A stretch of 64,000 nt of DNA, taken from the NCBI GenBank assembly GCA_951406725.2, contig OX597823.1:115940001-116004000 (forward strand), written 5' to 3'. The position numbers and the translations under genes were made by a program. Below are positions 26,796 through 39,639 of the stretch, in pieces. This stretch comes from Octopus vulgaris (Eukaryota). Every line of letters begins with the position of its first letter. Within the stretch, counting starts at the first letter, position 1. Under the pieces are notes generated by a model. It was not told the origin of the DNA, did no database searches, and saw nothing but the letters and a program-made list of their open reading frames with translations.

Positions 26796-27210
26796 TAAGC
26801 CAGATATAGCTGTCAGAGATCATGAAGAAAAAAATTGCTTTCTAATTGACGTATCAATACCAACAGATGACAACATGTCTCTACAAGAAATGGAGAAACT
26901 TTCAAAATACAAAGACCTGGAAATAGAGGTAACTAGAATGTGGAATCTAAAAACAGAAACAATTCCTATCATAGTAGGCACATTATGTATGATAAAAAGA
27001 TATTCAGACAAATACATAACAAAAACACCAGGACTTACAAACACATATAACATACATAAAATTACACTACTGGGCACTGCACACATCCTATGCAAAACAC
27101 TTTCAATACAGTAACCATCAGAGCATCACAACAAATCACAGCACATACCCAAGGCACACAGAGCTGCGCTCGGTAGTGAAGTGAAAGCACGCTCTAAAAA
27201 TAAAACTACT
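26794..27210 (+). mobile_element. R4/Dong-clade LINE, 5'-truncated, restriction-like endonuclease domain
   Basis: KPDIAVRDHEEKNCFLIDVSIPTDDN..EMEKLSKYKDLEIEVTRMWNLKTETIPIIVGTL..ITLLGTAHILCKTL (PD..D RLE motif); flanked by (AAT)n on both sides. Confidence 0.9.
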
Positions 27211-27289
27211 GAATAATAATAATAATAATGATGATGACGATGATGATGATGAAGAAGAAGAAGAAGTAGTAGTAGTAGTGTTCAGCAGT

Positions 27290-28350
27290 GTGATAAGGTC
27301 TGCAAGCAATTGAAAAATCCCTGAGAATGACAGCGTCTCAAATTCCTGACTGAAACAGCTGACCAATATTCATAAATCTGTCTCAACCGCATTCAGTGAA
27401 TTAACAAACACAGCAGAAATAATACCTGAATGGTTGGTTGAGGGGAAATAAAACAATATTGATCCTGGGAAACAAAAACACCTGGGACCTCAACATGGCA
27501 GATTTATAATTTGTTTGCTAACAACTTTACGAAACCCTTCCAGCTCTGCTCTACAACAGGATGGCTGTTCAACCGGAAAGTAATAGCATTTTACTAGAGG
27601 AGCCGAAGAGGTGCCAGAAGGGATGTATGGTTGTAAAGAGCAGCTAATGGTGAACCAAGCAATTATCGAAGAAAGCAAGAAGCGAAGGAGAAAAACAAGA
27701 AACATGTAGGTTGGTATAGATTATTTACTGAAAAATATCTGCTAGCATAACACTCTGTTGGATATTGGAGACACTACATGTATATACAGAGGCTAACGCA
27801 GTAAGTCAAGCATATCATTGCAGGGCAAAGAGAAGATAAAACTGCAAGCTTATACATATAAGAGAACATCTCTCTACACTTCTGCTTAAGTTTGACTCCA
27901 TTAATGTATTTACTGAATAAAAACACCAAGGGTTGGGCTGCAACTGTTATGAATAAACTTTTAATCATCTCCTCTGTATTGATAACCTAAACTATTTTAC
28001 AAATGTCAATACACATATGGAGAACCCAAATGAAATTCAGCAGAGGTATAAAAGTGACTATGATGGTTAGTAAGACATGAAAATTAAGAAGAAATGAATT
28101 AGCTAGAATTAAGTAAATTGAATCAAAAAATTAAACAAAATCGATGCAACACACAAATGGGAACAATCAGAAATGAAAGTAGGTGGGGAGCTGGATTAAT
28201 ATTCGTAACTGAGTTAATCCCAGAAACAAAATAATAGGTGTTAATATGCTAGGTGTCTGTTCCAGTTTTGTTATAATTTCAACATAACAAATTGAAAGTT
28301 AAGTAAATTGAAACAGATTGAACAGGAGAGCAATCAAAATACTAACAGTA
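27290..28350 (+). mobile_element. Highly decayed R4/Dong-like reverse transcriptase
   Basis: Fragments IPEWLVEG, YGCKEQLMVNQAIIEESKKRRRK, WILETL, FCLSLTPLMYLLNK, NHLLCIDNLK, PRNKIIGVNML. Confidence 0.7.
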
Positions 28351-28356
28351 TCCTAA

Positions 28357-28587
28357 ACCTATTTCTTTACTACCCACAAGGGGCTAAACTCAGAGGAGAC
28401 GAACAAGGACAGACAAACGGATCAAGTCGATTACATTGACTCCAGTGCGTAACTGGTACTTAATTTATCGACCCCGAAAGGATGAAAGGCAAAATCGCCC
28501 TCAGTGGAATTTGAACTCAGAATGTAATGGCAGATGAAATACCACTTAGCATTTCGCCCGGCGTGCTAACGTTTCTGCCAGCTCACT
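28357..28587 (-). mobile_element. Family B SINE
   Basis: High similarity to 25900-26135. Confidence 0.85.
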
Positions 28588-29204
28588 GGTGTGTTACAAG
28601 AAAAGAAGAGAAAGAGAAAAAAACTATTACAATGTGACAAGTGTTTGGCTGTTGTGTGCATGCTCACATGTCCGAGATAGGAAGTTTCACACTAGGGAGA
28701 GAGAGCACTGTGTGAATGACAGTGCCAGGTGAAAGGCGGTGTTTCTTTTTGACTCCATGTGTGTTGTGCTTAAAAACGTGTTTATATTCTTGAATGTGAT
28801 AAAGTGTAGAATTAGATTATTATCCTGCTTCCAGCTTCAGTATTGCTGCCAGGATTTGAGAAATAGGGCAGGCAGGGGGGATTTTTGAAAAAACAAGGGG
28901 GAATTTGTGGCAGTGTTTGGTGAACAAGTTAAACACACTACCTGGTATTGGCTAAAACACAAACCAATCAAGTTTATTGTATAAATTTTCTTTTTATATG
29001 TTTGTTTCCTTTTACACAATATTAAAACAATGGCTAAAAAACCTTCTGAAGCAGCAGCCCTGGTAATTTAATCAACAAACTGCCACTGTATGAGACTCCA
29101 TGAAATACCTAAGAAAATTAGGGAGAAAACCACTTCATTACTAATATCCTGCAAAAAATTGATAGAGTCAATCAGAATCAATGATGGTTCATTACTGTGG
29201 AATA

Positions 29205-29602
29205 AGGTGGTGAGCTGGCAGAAACGTTAGCCTGCCGGTTGAAATGCTTAGCAGTATTTTGTCTGTTACTACATTCTGAGTTCAAATTCTGCTGAGGTCG
29301 ACTTTGCCTTTCATCCTTTCAGGATCGATTAAATAAGTACCAGTTACGCACTGGGGTTGATATAATCGACTTAATCTGTTTGTCTGTCCTTGTTTCTCCT
29401 CCCTGTATTTAGCCTTTTGTGGGTAATAAAGAAATAGGTATTTCGTCTGTCTTTACATTCTGAGGTCAAATTCTGCCGAGGTCAGCTTTACCTTACATCC
29501 TTTTGGGTTTGATAAATTATGTACCAGTTGCATACTGAGGTCGATCTAATCAATTGGCGCCCTCCCCCAAAATTTCAGGCCTTGTGCCTAGAGTAGAAAA
29601 GA
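29205..29602 (+). mobile_element. Dimeric family B SINE
   Basis: GGTGAGCTGGCAGAAACGTTAGC head, GAGTTCAAAT B-box, second core from about 29440. Confidence 0.85.
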
Positions 29603-29687
29603 ATACTATGGAATACTATGGCATTTAGGAATACCAGTTATAAATGTTATAGAATACTCTGAGTTTAGGGAGTCATTGCAATACATC

Positions 29688-30400
29688 TACAAAGGAAAGT
29701 GAAAAATTATACACACTCTTGTGTTTCCAATGTATTTACACAGAAGCAGGGGGGGATAAACAAGTACATCATTTTTCTATACAGCCTCCTACCTTTTCGA
29801 TGCACTTGGTCCAGCGATCCACGAGCTTGCGTATTCCCTCCAAGAAGAAGGTTTTAGGTTGGTCATTCAACTATCTATCCACTGCTTCCTTCACATCTTC
29901 ATCCATAAGAAATCAACGATCTTGTAAGCTATCTTTAAGCAGTCGAAAGATCTGAGAGTTGGAAGGGACAAGATGTGGGCTGTAGGCAGGGTGTTGCAGC
30001 CCCTCAAAACCCAATTGGTTAAGGATTTCAACAGTCTGGGCATCCATGTGTTGGCATGCATTGTCATGCAACAACAGAACTTTCTTTTGACAAGAGGCTT
30101 CAGTGTTTGATGGTTTCCGTTTACTGGCCAACAAAGCATTGTGTCTTGCACTGTTGATTGTTTGTCCCTTTTCTGGAGAAATCAGATCCACTGTTCTTTG
30201 TTCTTCTGTGGAGCCACATTGCTAGTGGAACAGCCATGCTTACACTCTAAAGGCAGAAAGAAAAATGGCACGATCAGATTCAGACTTCGATCACATGACC
30301 ACAATATTACCAACTATAAGCACACATGTGCAGATGGCAGTGTGATAGTAATAATAAAATTTGTTAGGTGAAGGTGTGGATAATTTTTGATTTCCCCTAG
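29688..30400 (-). mobile_element. Internally deleted mariner element
   Basis: KKVLLLHDNACQH..LQHPAYSPHLVPS..EGIRKLVDRWTKCIEK; TIR-like ends AAAGGAAAGTGAAAAATTATACACAC and GTGTGGATAATTTTTGATTTCCCCT. Confidence 0.85.
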
Positions 30401-30860
30401 TAAGAAGCTGATCTGCTAATATTTTAATCCAGATTGAAGAAAACAGCTGTAAGAGCACTTTGGAAACACCTTGCTTGTCACAGCTGCAGAATGCAGTCAT
30501 GATTTGTAGACGATTTAGAAGCTAGTTATGCAATAAAGTTTTGTTTTAAACTAGGAAAAAGGTCTGCAGAAACTTATGAAATGCTTTATACAGCTCAAGG
30601 AATAACTTGTTTGAGCCAAGCATACAAGAGGTTCAAGGATGGTAGAGAGGAGGTGAGACATGATGAGGGGTGTGAGAGGGAAAAGAAAATTAGAATATCA
30701 GAAATGGTTGAGAAGATTTGCAGTTTTCTGGATGAAGACTATTGTGTATGTACGAAGGTAAGAAGTATACAGTTTAGTGTTGGTGCGAGAACTGTAAATA
30801 ATATTATTCATGAAGGTCTGAACATGCACAAAATTTATGCAGAGTTTGTTCCCAGAGTAT

Positions 30861-31272
30861 AGGCGCAGGAGTGGCTGTGTGGTAAGTAGCTTGCTTATCA
30901 GCCACATGGTTCTGGGTTCAATCCCACTGCATGGCACTTTGGGCAACTGTCTTCTACTATAGCATCAGGCCGCCAAAGCCTTGTGAGTGGATTTGGTAGA
31001 TGGAAACTGAAAGAAGCCCGTCGTATATATGTATATATATGTGTGTGTGTGTGTTTGTGTCTGTGTTTATCCCCCCAACATCGCTTGACAACCGATGCTG
31101 GCATGTTTATGTCTCTGTAACTTAGCGGTTTGGCAAGAGAGATCGATAGAATAAGTACTAGGCTTACAAAGAATAAGTCCTGCGGTCCATTTGCTCGACT
31201 AAAGGCAGTGCTCCAGCATGGCCACAGTCAAAATGACTGAAACAAATAAAAGAACAAAAGAATAAAAAAAAG
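30861..31272 (+). mobile_element. Full-length family A SINE inserted in the mariner
   Basis: A/B-box head, central TA/TG microsatellite, A-rich tail; AGAGT repeated on both sides. Confidence 0.9.
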
Positions 31273-31346
31273 GAAGAGTGCTCAGTGAGGAACCGAAGAA
31301 AAGATGCATTGGTGACAGCAGGGAGAGGGTTGCATCTGTTACCTCC

Positions 31347-31908
31347 CTTGGACACACAAAGACCTGTTGAGGCAAGTGAAGTCGATATCGAACCTCATCC
31401 GACGACAGGCACCTATGCCTACCCCCCTTTGCTTGCGAAGACCTGTTGGGGCAAGTGAAATCGGAATCGAAATTGAACCAATCCTATGACTGGCACCCGG
31501 CAGATGCCAGGACCCCTGGACTGGAGATACGTAAAAAGCACTAGCCGAATCGTGGCTGATGCCAGCGCCGCCTTGACTGGCTTCCGTGTCGGTGGCACGT
31601 AAAAAGCACCATCCGAATCGTGGCCGAAGCCAGTGCCGCCTCGACTGGCTTCCGTGCAGGTGGCATGTAAAATGCACCAATCCGACCGTGGCTGTTGCCA
31701 GCCTCGCCTGGCACCAGTGCAGGTGGCACGTAAAAAGCACCCACTACACTCACGGAGTGGTTGGTGTTAGGAAGGGCATCCAGCTGTAGAAACATTGCCA
31801 GATAAGACCGGAGCCTGGTGCAGCCTTCTGGCTTCCCAGATCCCCGGTCGAACCGTCCAACCCATGCTAGCATGGAGAACGGATGTTAAACAATGATGAT
31901 GATGATGA
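31347..31908 (+). mobile_element. RTE-like 3' tail insertion with 73-bp flanking direct repeat
   Basis: Tandem units plus shared tail and (GAT)n; 31274-31346 is repeated at 31909-31981. Confidence 0.9.
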
Positions 31909-33609
31909 AAGAGTGCTCAGTGAGGAACCGAAGAAAAGATGCATTGGTGACAGCAGAGAGATGGTTGCATCTGTTACCTCCAATCCAAGAGTATTTGAGT
32001 CTCTAGTGACCTGTGACAAAAGCTGGATCTACTGTTATAGTCCAGAGACCAAGAGACAGAGTCCCCAATGGAAGCATCCTAACCCAAGAAGACCAAGCAA
32101 AGCAAGTCTACTGGGAAGCTCATGATGATCTCTTCTTTTGATAGCTAGAGCATCATCCACGTCCACTGCTTTCCCTCTGGCCAGACGGTCAGCAAAGAAT
32201 ACTCTGTGGGTGATTTGAAGGAGTTCAAGAAGAGACTGTGTTGCAAAAAAAACAGCTCTTCTACTCAAGTCAGTGGCACCAGCACCAGAACAATGCACAA
32301 GTCAACAGTTCTATCCTGGTAACCAAATACTTGACAGAGATGGGCAGCAGCAAACTCCCTACAGTTCAGACATTGCTCCCTGTGATTTTTGGTTGTTCTC
32401 CAAGCTGAAGGAGAGACTCAGAGGCAATCATTTTGAAAACTTTGAGAAGATAAAAGAGGCTGTGACAAGGGTCCTGAACACCGTTTACTTCCATGGGACC
32501 TTCATGAAGTGGTTTCAATGCTACAAATGCAATATAGTCTGAGGACCTCCTTTGAAGGAGATTAGGGTTTTGTTCTTCTTTGGAATCCATAAATGCCTCT
32601 CCTCTAAAAGTCTTCAAACTTTTGTAATGCAGCTTTCACGTCATTCTTCAATGTCTGCTTTGGCAGGGTTTCTATCATTGGATACCGATTCTAATGCCAG
32701 ACACTTTACAGCATGTCCTGGGTATTTTTTCCTGGTTCCAGCATGGGGGAGGCCACCATGTGGCTTGCAAGACTAAGATCCCTTCAAGTGACTGGGTCAA
32801 CTACAGACAGGCAAATTTGGTTTTATGCTGGGAGATAGGGGTTAAATTGTATGAGAAGAGACTGGTTCAGAGCAGCCCCTTCTGTAGTGTGAATATCTAT
32901 GTAGAGGAGCTGTAGGGCTACTAACACTATAGAAGTGTGAATGGGAATAAATGGTGTTGAATTGTAAATAAAATAAAATAAATAGTGGTGATGAGTGTCA
33001 GGGTGAACTTTAAAGGTATCAGGTGAGTAGAAGTGAGTGGGGGGGGACAGGAAAACTGGAAATGCGAGTGGTTAGGGGTTGCAAGAATATATGAGAGAGT
33101 AAAAGATGGTTAGAGATAGAGAGTAGGTGACAGGGTGAATATAATGAATGAAAACATGTGTTGGGAGGATATAGGTATGGTAGGGAAGTGTAAGTGTAAG
33201 TAACAACTGTAGAAAGTCAGAAGAGTTGATGGGTGATAAAGTGAATGGTGGATAGGGGTTGGAGGTAAACTATGATACACAGGTGTTGAGGGAGAAGGGC
33301 AGAAAGATGACATGTGCTTTGCTGCAAGAGTGTGGGAGGAGCAGAAGGCTTAGAAAACAAAGATAGTGAGAGACGTAAGATGACACAGAAAGCGAAGTAA
33401 TTTTGGTAGCACAGGAGGCTGATCAATGTGAAATGTGGATGGAGTGGACAGTATTAAGAATAAAGAATTGACATCAAGTGAAATGTTTCCCAGTTGTGAG
33501 AAAGGTAAGTAGGATCAGGGAAAATCTGGTAAAGTATGCAGTTCTGCTCACACTTAATTACAGCAGCAGAATATTTCAGAAATAAGGGACAGTGGTGATG
33601 CCTTAAGAG

Positions 33610-34070
33610 AATATTGGTCTCGGGGCACTGCTGTGCTTCCAGAATCAGCTTCACTCAGATGTATGGTACAAGTTACCAGCCACCTCAGTCTCTTGTCATT
33701 TTCTCTGTGAGGTCCAAGGCCCTGAGATCAGCCTTCACCACTTTGTTCCATCTTCCTGGGTCTTCCTCTCTACCAGCTTCATCAATATTGCATAACCAAC
33801 TCATCTTTACACAGCTGTCCCCATCCATACACATGAGCTGTCAGTACAAGTAGAGTCTTCTTTCTTGCACATCTGATTCTTCTTCTGCTCACTTTTTCTC
33901 CCAACACCTTTGGAGATTGTTGTCCATGCATCCTTACATTACATAACCAACAGAGCATGCCAGCTTCATTCCTTTTCAATCTTCTCAAGTTCTTTGTATT
34001 TAAGATCCACCTCTCACTACTACCATGTAGCATTGCAGTTCTAACAAAAGCATCATACACTCTGTTACTA
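33610..34070 (-). mobile_element. RTE-like RT fragment
   Basis: [35 protein letters not shown] (ORF 33782-34060). Confidence 0.75.
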
Positions 34071-34087
34071 CCAGGGGTAGTAGACCC

Positions 34088-34089
<2 letters not shown>

Positions 34090-34139
<50 letters not shown>

Positions 34140-34220
34140 GATTGTATGTATGTATGTATATGTATGTATGTATATATATGTATGTATGTATATATATGTA
34201 TGTATGTATATATATGTATG

Positions 34221-34259
<39 letters not shown>

Positions 34260-34292
34260 GTATATATATGTATGTATGTATATATATGTATA

Positions 34293-34345
<53 letters not shown>

Positions 34346-34543
34346 ATTATGTATATATATATGTATGTATATATATGTATATATATTTATGTATATATAT
34401 GTATATATATATGTATGTATATATATGTATATATATATGAATTATATATTGTATATATATGTGTAAGTATATATATGTATATATATATGTATGAATATAT
34501 ATGTATATATATATGTATGTATATATGTGTATATATATATATA
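34090..34543. repeat. Compound (TA)n/(TATG)n microsatellite
   Basis: Directly visible. Confidence 0.97.
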
Positions 34544-35030
34544 TTATCTAAGACAAGAGGGTTTGTTCTTAAATTTTTCCTTTCTATACATACTCTGTGA
34601 CCTTCCAAATTATGAAAACCAGTGAAGAAATAATGAGCTCGTCTCACAGTTTTCTCTTTTAATGTATAAGAATGCATATCATACAGTTCAAATTTAAATC
34701 ACACTATATTAATATCATATATATATGATATGATATCTTGTTGCTTATTTTGATTTTTATTCACCTTATTTTGAAGTTGCCCGGATAATACCGCACTAAG
34801 TTTTGGTGCTTCAACTTAAGTACCTAATTCATCTGAATCTCAATATATATATATATATACTCTTTTATTCTTTTATTTGTTTCAGTCATTTGACTGCGGC
34901 CACGCTAGAGCACCGCCTTTAGTCGAGCAAATCGACTTATTCTTTGTAAGCCTAGTACTTATTCTATCAGTCTCTTTTGCCTTACTGCTAAGTGACATCT
35001 CACTCAGAGATTTATTATGCTGGTGATTGT

Positions 35031-35075
35031 CACATGTTGATGATGAGTTACTACTCAGAAACCCGGGTCCGTGTG
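35031..35075 (+). ncRNA. Minimal type I hammerhead ribozyme motif (C3U core variant)
   Basis: CACATG-TTGATGA-TGAG-TTACTA-CTCA-GAAAC-CCGG-GTC-CGTGTG: 6-bp stem I, 4-bp stem II, palindromic stem III, GUC site. Confidence 0.8.
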
Positions 35076-35409
35076 TATCATGTAAGGCTAGAAATGAGAA
35101 TGGGAACGATGATTTCCCTTCGCAAATACTGATCGGACAGACGGCGTGTCATTAGCCAGTTAGAGGAGATATCTTCCTGGGGCTATAAACAACAGTTGCA
35201 TCGTCCCAAATGGGTCAGCCACATTTAGGTGGAAAATATACTTCACGATGTCATGCTGCTACTGTTTACATTTGGTTTATGTCTATCATTGTTTGAATTG
35301 CATAATAGTGGTTTTTCTCTAATTCATATATATTATATATTTATATTGTAAAATTTGATTTAATACTAACTTGAATTTTTCCCTGTAAGTTTGGAGTTAT
35401 ACTCCCTAA

Positions 35410-35522
<113 letters not shown>

Positions 35523-35789
35523 CAAAATAAGCAACAAGAATGACTCCGGTAATTCGGTACGATCGTTTTGTACTACATCATTTTATTAAATGTTGTAAGT
35601 ATTACAGCAGATTTAAGATGCTGAGTACTCATCAGCCAATTATAGAGGTTTTCCATTTGATTTGAAAATTTTCAAATCAAGTGGAAACATTATAGAGAAG
35701 GTAGATATACAGACAAAGATGTGGATTTAAATTTTAAGAACATATGAGGTAGTGGAGTCCAGCCACTGACTGACTAAGATGGATCTATC

Positions 35790-35869
<80 letters not shown>

Positions 35870-35886
35870 AAGATAGATATAGATGC

Positions 35887-36222
35887 AGGTACATGGCTCA
35901 GTGGTTAGGATATTGGGATCAGAATCTTGATGTAGTGAGTTTGATTCCTGGACCAGGCTGCATGTTGTGTTCTTGAGCAAGACACTCTATTTCATGTTGC
36001 TCCAGTTCACTCAGCTGTAGAAATGAGTTGCGACATCACTGGTGCCAAACTGTATTGGCCTTTGCCTTTCCCTTGGACAACATTAGCAGTGTGGAGAGTG
36101 GAGGCTGGTATGCATTGGTGACTGCTGGTCTTCCATAAACTACTTTACCCTGATCTTTGCCTCAGAGGGGAACATTCTAAGGTGAAATCTCATGTTCATC
36201 CATGACCAAAGGGAGTCTTTAC
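35887..36222 (+). mobile_element. Family D SINE
   Basis: Matches 17334-17667. Confidence 0.85.
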
Positions 36223-38521
36223 CCATTTCCTTTTTCACCTTTTATGCAGGCATAATAGTGTGGTAAGAGATTGCTTTCCAGCCACATGATTCCAGGTTCG
36301 ATCCCATTGTGTGGCACCTTGGGCAAATGTCTTCTTCTATAGCTCCTTCCCAACCAAAGCCTTAAGAGGATTTGGTAGATGGAAGCTGTAACAGGTAAAG
36401 GTTGGTGACAGGAAGGGCATCCAATCAAAGGAAAACGTGCCTCATTAAACTCTTTCTGACTTGTGCAAGCATGGAAAAATGGATGTTAAAATGATGTTGA
36501 TGATGATGATGATGCTATGCAGTGTGTGTATGTTTCTGTCTATTGTTTTACTGTTCTTACTTCCTCTCCTAGAAATCTGACATTTGTCATCTTGAAATCT
36601 GTTGTGTAAGTTTTGGGTGACAAAACTTACACAACAGATGATGTGATATTGCGTAAGGTACTTTCACAAAGAGGTATACAACATTTTGACTAGAATGCTG
36701 CTCTTTCACCATTCTATAGACTGGAGAGGGATTTGCAAAAGAGAAAAAAAGAAAACGGAATTTGTGTGAAATTTATCTCCAAATAAGTTGACTTCACACC
36801 TTTTTTTGGTTCAAAAAGATTCTCAGCTGACATAAAAGTGCCTTCCCTGCTGTTCTTCAGAGAAAAAGATGCCATTTTTTTTTTTGTGATTAGAAAGACA
36901 CATCTCGCATATAAAATTCTTTTCTTTTTTAATTTTTAGTTAATGCTGAACTAAAAATAGTAATAGCTGCAGCAGAAGTTCTCACTGAACTATTGGAAAT
37001 TCCATTCTCAATGTAATGCTCCATCCAAATGTGATACTGAATCATATCTCCTGGGACCTTTCTCTTATATTCTACTAATTAATTTTTTTTCTTTTTGTAT
37101 TCAACAAATTTGAATTTGTTGTTTATTTTTTAAATATTAGCACTACAATAGCTTTTTAAAACTTTCTTCGTGTACAGAATCTATTTATCTCTGCTAATTG
37201 TTGCATTGAAAGTTACATTTATGCCATTTTCAAACAGAATACTGGAATGATAGCAGCTTTTGTCAATAGGTTTTAAAAACTATATAAATCTATATTTGTT
37301 GAATAATATGCCATTAGGTAAGTGATGTTATACATTTTGCTTGCACGGTATCAGTTTTTCAGTTTCATATTTTATCTCTCTAATTTAATTTCACCAATAA
37401 CTATATATTTTTCTGTCCAACTCATAGTAATAGAGGGAAACAGAGGTTAAACAGAAGTGCTGTAATTTCTCTCAAGCTGACAGACTTCATCTAATTCACT
37501 TGTTTCCTTCTATCTGTGCTCTCAAATCAATGTTATAAGCTATTGATTTTAGGCAGTTATTTCTATTTGCTAATCTACTGGGAATTAATGTCTAACTGAA
37601 AGGTAAATAAGGCCATCCTGTGAATGGCACTGGTTAAATTTGTCTAGTGGTGTGAATCTGTTACGTTTCTCTCTGGTTTGTATTGTAAATTCTCACACAT
37701 CATCCAAGATAGATCGGTTGATATAGCATGTAGGGATTAAGGAACCTAAATTTGAACTGAAGAATCAAAATAACGAATTGCGAATATAGTTGTTGCATCA
37801 GTGGAAGACTGATATTTATTGCTAGGTTAAATCATAAATACCTTCTGTGTTAGTTTTACACTTCAATGGATGGCAGTATTTTTTTGATAATATAGTTATG
37901 TCTATGATTGTAGGACATAGCATTCAATCATATACAGTTTTTGTTGATTGCGGAATAAACTCAGCGACCATGAAGAGTAGAAAGTTTGCTGCTTTGGCCT
38001 TTTGTTCTTCAATATAGAGTAGAAGATGAACTAACATGAGGAGTAGATGAACTACAGTGATGAGTAAATCGACTTTTCAGACATTTGTCCTTCAACAGAG
38101 AAAACACAGCAACAGAGGGGTCATAACATTTTCACAGTTTTCTTAATTTCGTTTTATTCTTGTCAATGCAATTCCACAGCTTCCTTGGATTCTAGATTTT
38201 ACATCCATCAATTCTCATTTTTTTCATTAGTCTAAGTAGGAGTCTTCTGTAGGTTGTTACTGCCAGTGTAGGACAGCAGTCATCTGTAGAATATTATCAT
38301 AAGTGTAGAGTCACCTATTGCAACCACAAAGGTGAACACACATATAAACAATGAAATTCCAAATATATATCATGAGATATAAAGGAACCAAAACACTGTA
38401 GAATGAGATAGTGCTCTGGCATGGCCAAAACACACTGATTCAAATCAACTAACTTGTATGTGGAGCATCTACAGTTTGGTGTCAAAAATGCTGCATTATC
38501 ATCATCATTAGCAAAGAGCTT

Positions 38522-38736
38522 AAGGCAGTGAGTTGGCAGAAGTGTTAGCATGCCGGGCAAAATATTTAGCAGTATTTTGTGTCTTAACATTCTGAGTTCA
38601 AATTCCACTGAGGTCAGCTTTGCCTTTCATCCTTTCGGGGTCGATAAATTAGGTACAAGTTGTGTACTGGGGTCGATCTAATCGACTGGCCCCAGCTCCC
38701 CCAAAATTTCAGGCCTTGTGCCTAGAGCAGAAAAGA
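38522..38736 (+). mobile_element. Family B SINE (monomer)
   Basis: CTTTGCCTTTCATCCTTTCGGGGTCGATAAA core. Confidence 0.85.
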
Positions 38737-39639
38737 ATTTTAGCAAAGACCTTTCCATTCACAGTGACTGCACACTCCTAGAGGAGATTGTTGACGTTGC
38801 AGCATTTGAATGTGTGTGTGTGTGTGTGTGTGTGGTGATAGTTGAGTGCAGAACTGTGTAAGTGACACAATCAATATTTCAACAATAGTTAATAAAGGTT
38901 CACATTCATAGTAAGTTGATTTGATGTGGAATAGTAAAAGACTCCTGTGATTTGGTGATTTACGGTACTTAGTTCAGTGGTTTAATGTTTTGGGTTCAAA
39001 TCTTGATACATTTGTCATTAAAAGGTTGCCTATCAAATAAATGGGATTTTCTGTGAATTCAGAATTTCCTTTTCATCTTCCCAACACCCATTATTACTTG
39101 AAACGACAATACACTAAATCCTATTCAGCTGGCTTTATGCATTATCTACAAAATCAAGCCAAAATCAAAGTCAATTATTCTGTTGAGATTAAAATAAATT
39201 CTTGCTTCTCTTAAGAATGGTAACCTCCTCCTCCTCCTCCCCGTCACCTCTCCTCCCCCTCCTCACCTTCTCTTCCTCACCTTCTCCTCACCTTCTCCTC
39301 CCCTCCTCTCCTCCTCCCTCCTCCTCCTCCTCATCATCATCATCATCTGTCCGTATTTTCATACTTGCATGAGCTTGATGGGTCTGCCCCATCACAGCCC
39401 CTCGTAACTTACTGCAATCTACTGTCAGCCCTTTTGTAAGGTTCAACCTCCTGCGACCATCTTCTACCACTTCTCCCCTTTTCTTCCTAGTCTTCTTCTT
39501 TCATAGGTTACCTCCACTTGGATCTCGTGGCACATCTTTACACAACTGACGTTTTCCATACGCATCATACGTTTTCCATATCAGCTCAAGCTACTCTCAT
39601 ATCCTCTTGATTTGATTATCCCTCATATATTTAATTTGT

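Larger units (their letters stand above)
30500..32640 (+). mobile_element. Decayed mariner transposase split by two retroposon insertions
   Basis: YAIKFCFKLGKRSAETYEML..KRFKDGREEV..FVPRV, then after the insertions LSEE..LVTCDKSWIYCYSPETKRQSPQWKH..PYSSDIAPCDFWLFSKLKERLRG. Confidence 0.9.

Noticed and set aside
32900-33610. Purine-rich block with a faint minus-strand resemblance to a Penelope/Neptune linker (QIFPDPTYLSH)
   Set aside because: Too few conserved residues to call by eye.
33957-34677. Long YI/CV/LSIY-type ORFs here and at 6768-7791, 43435-43985, 45732-46393
   Set aside because: Stop-free frames produced by microsatellites; no protein signal.
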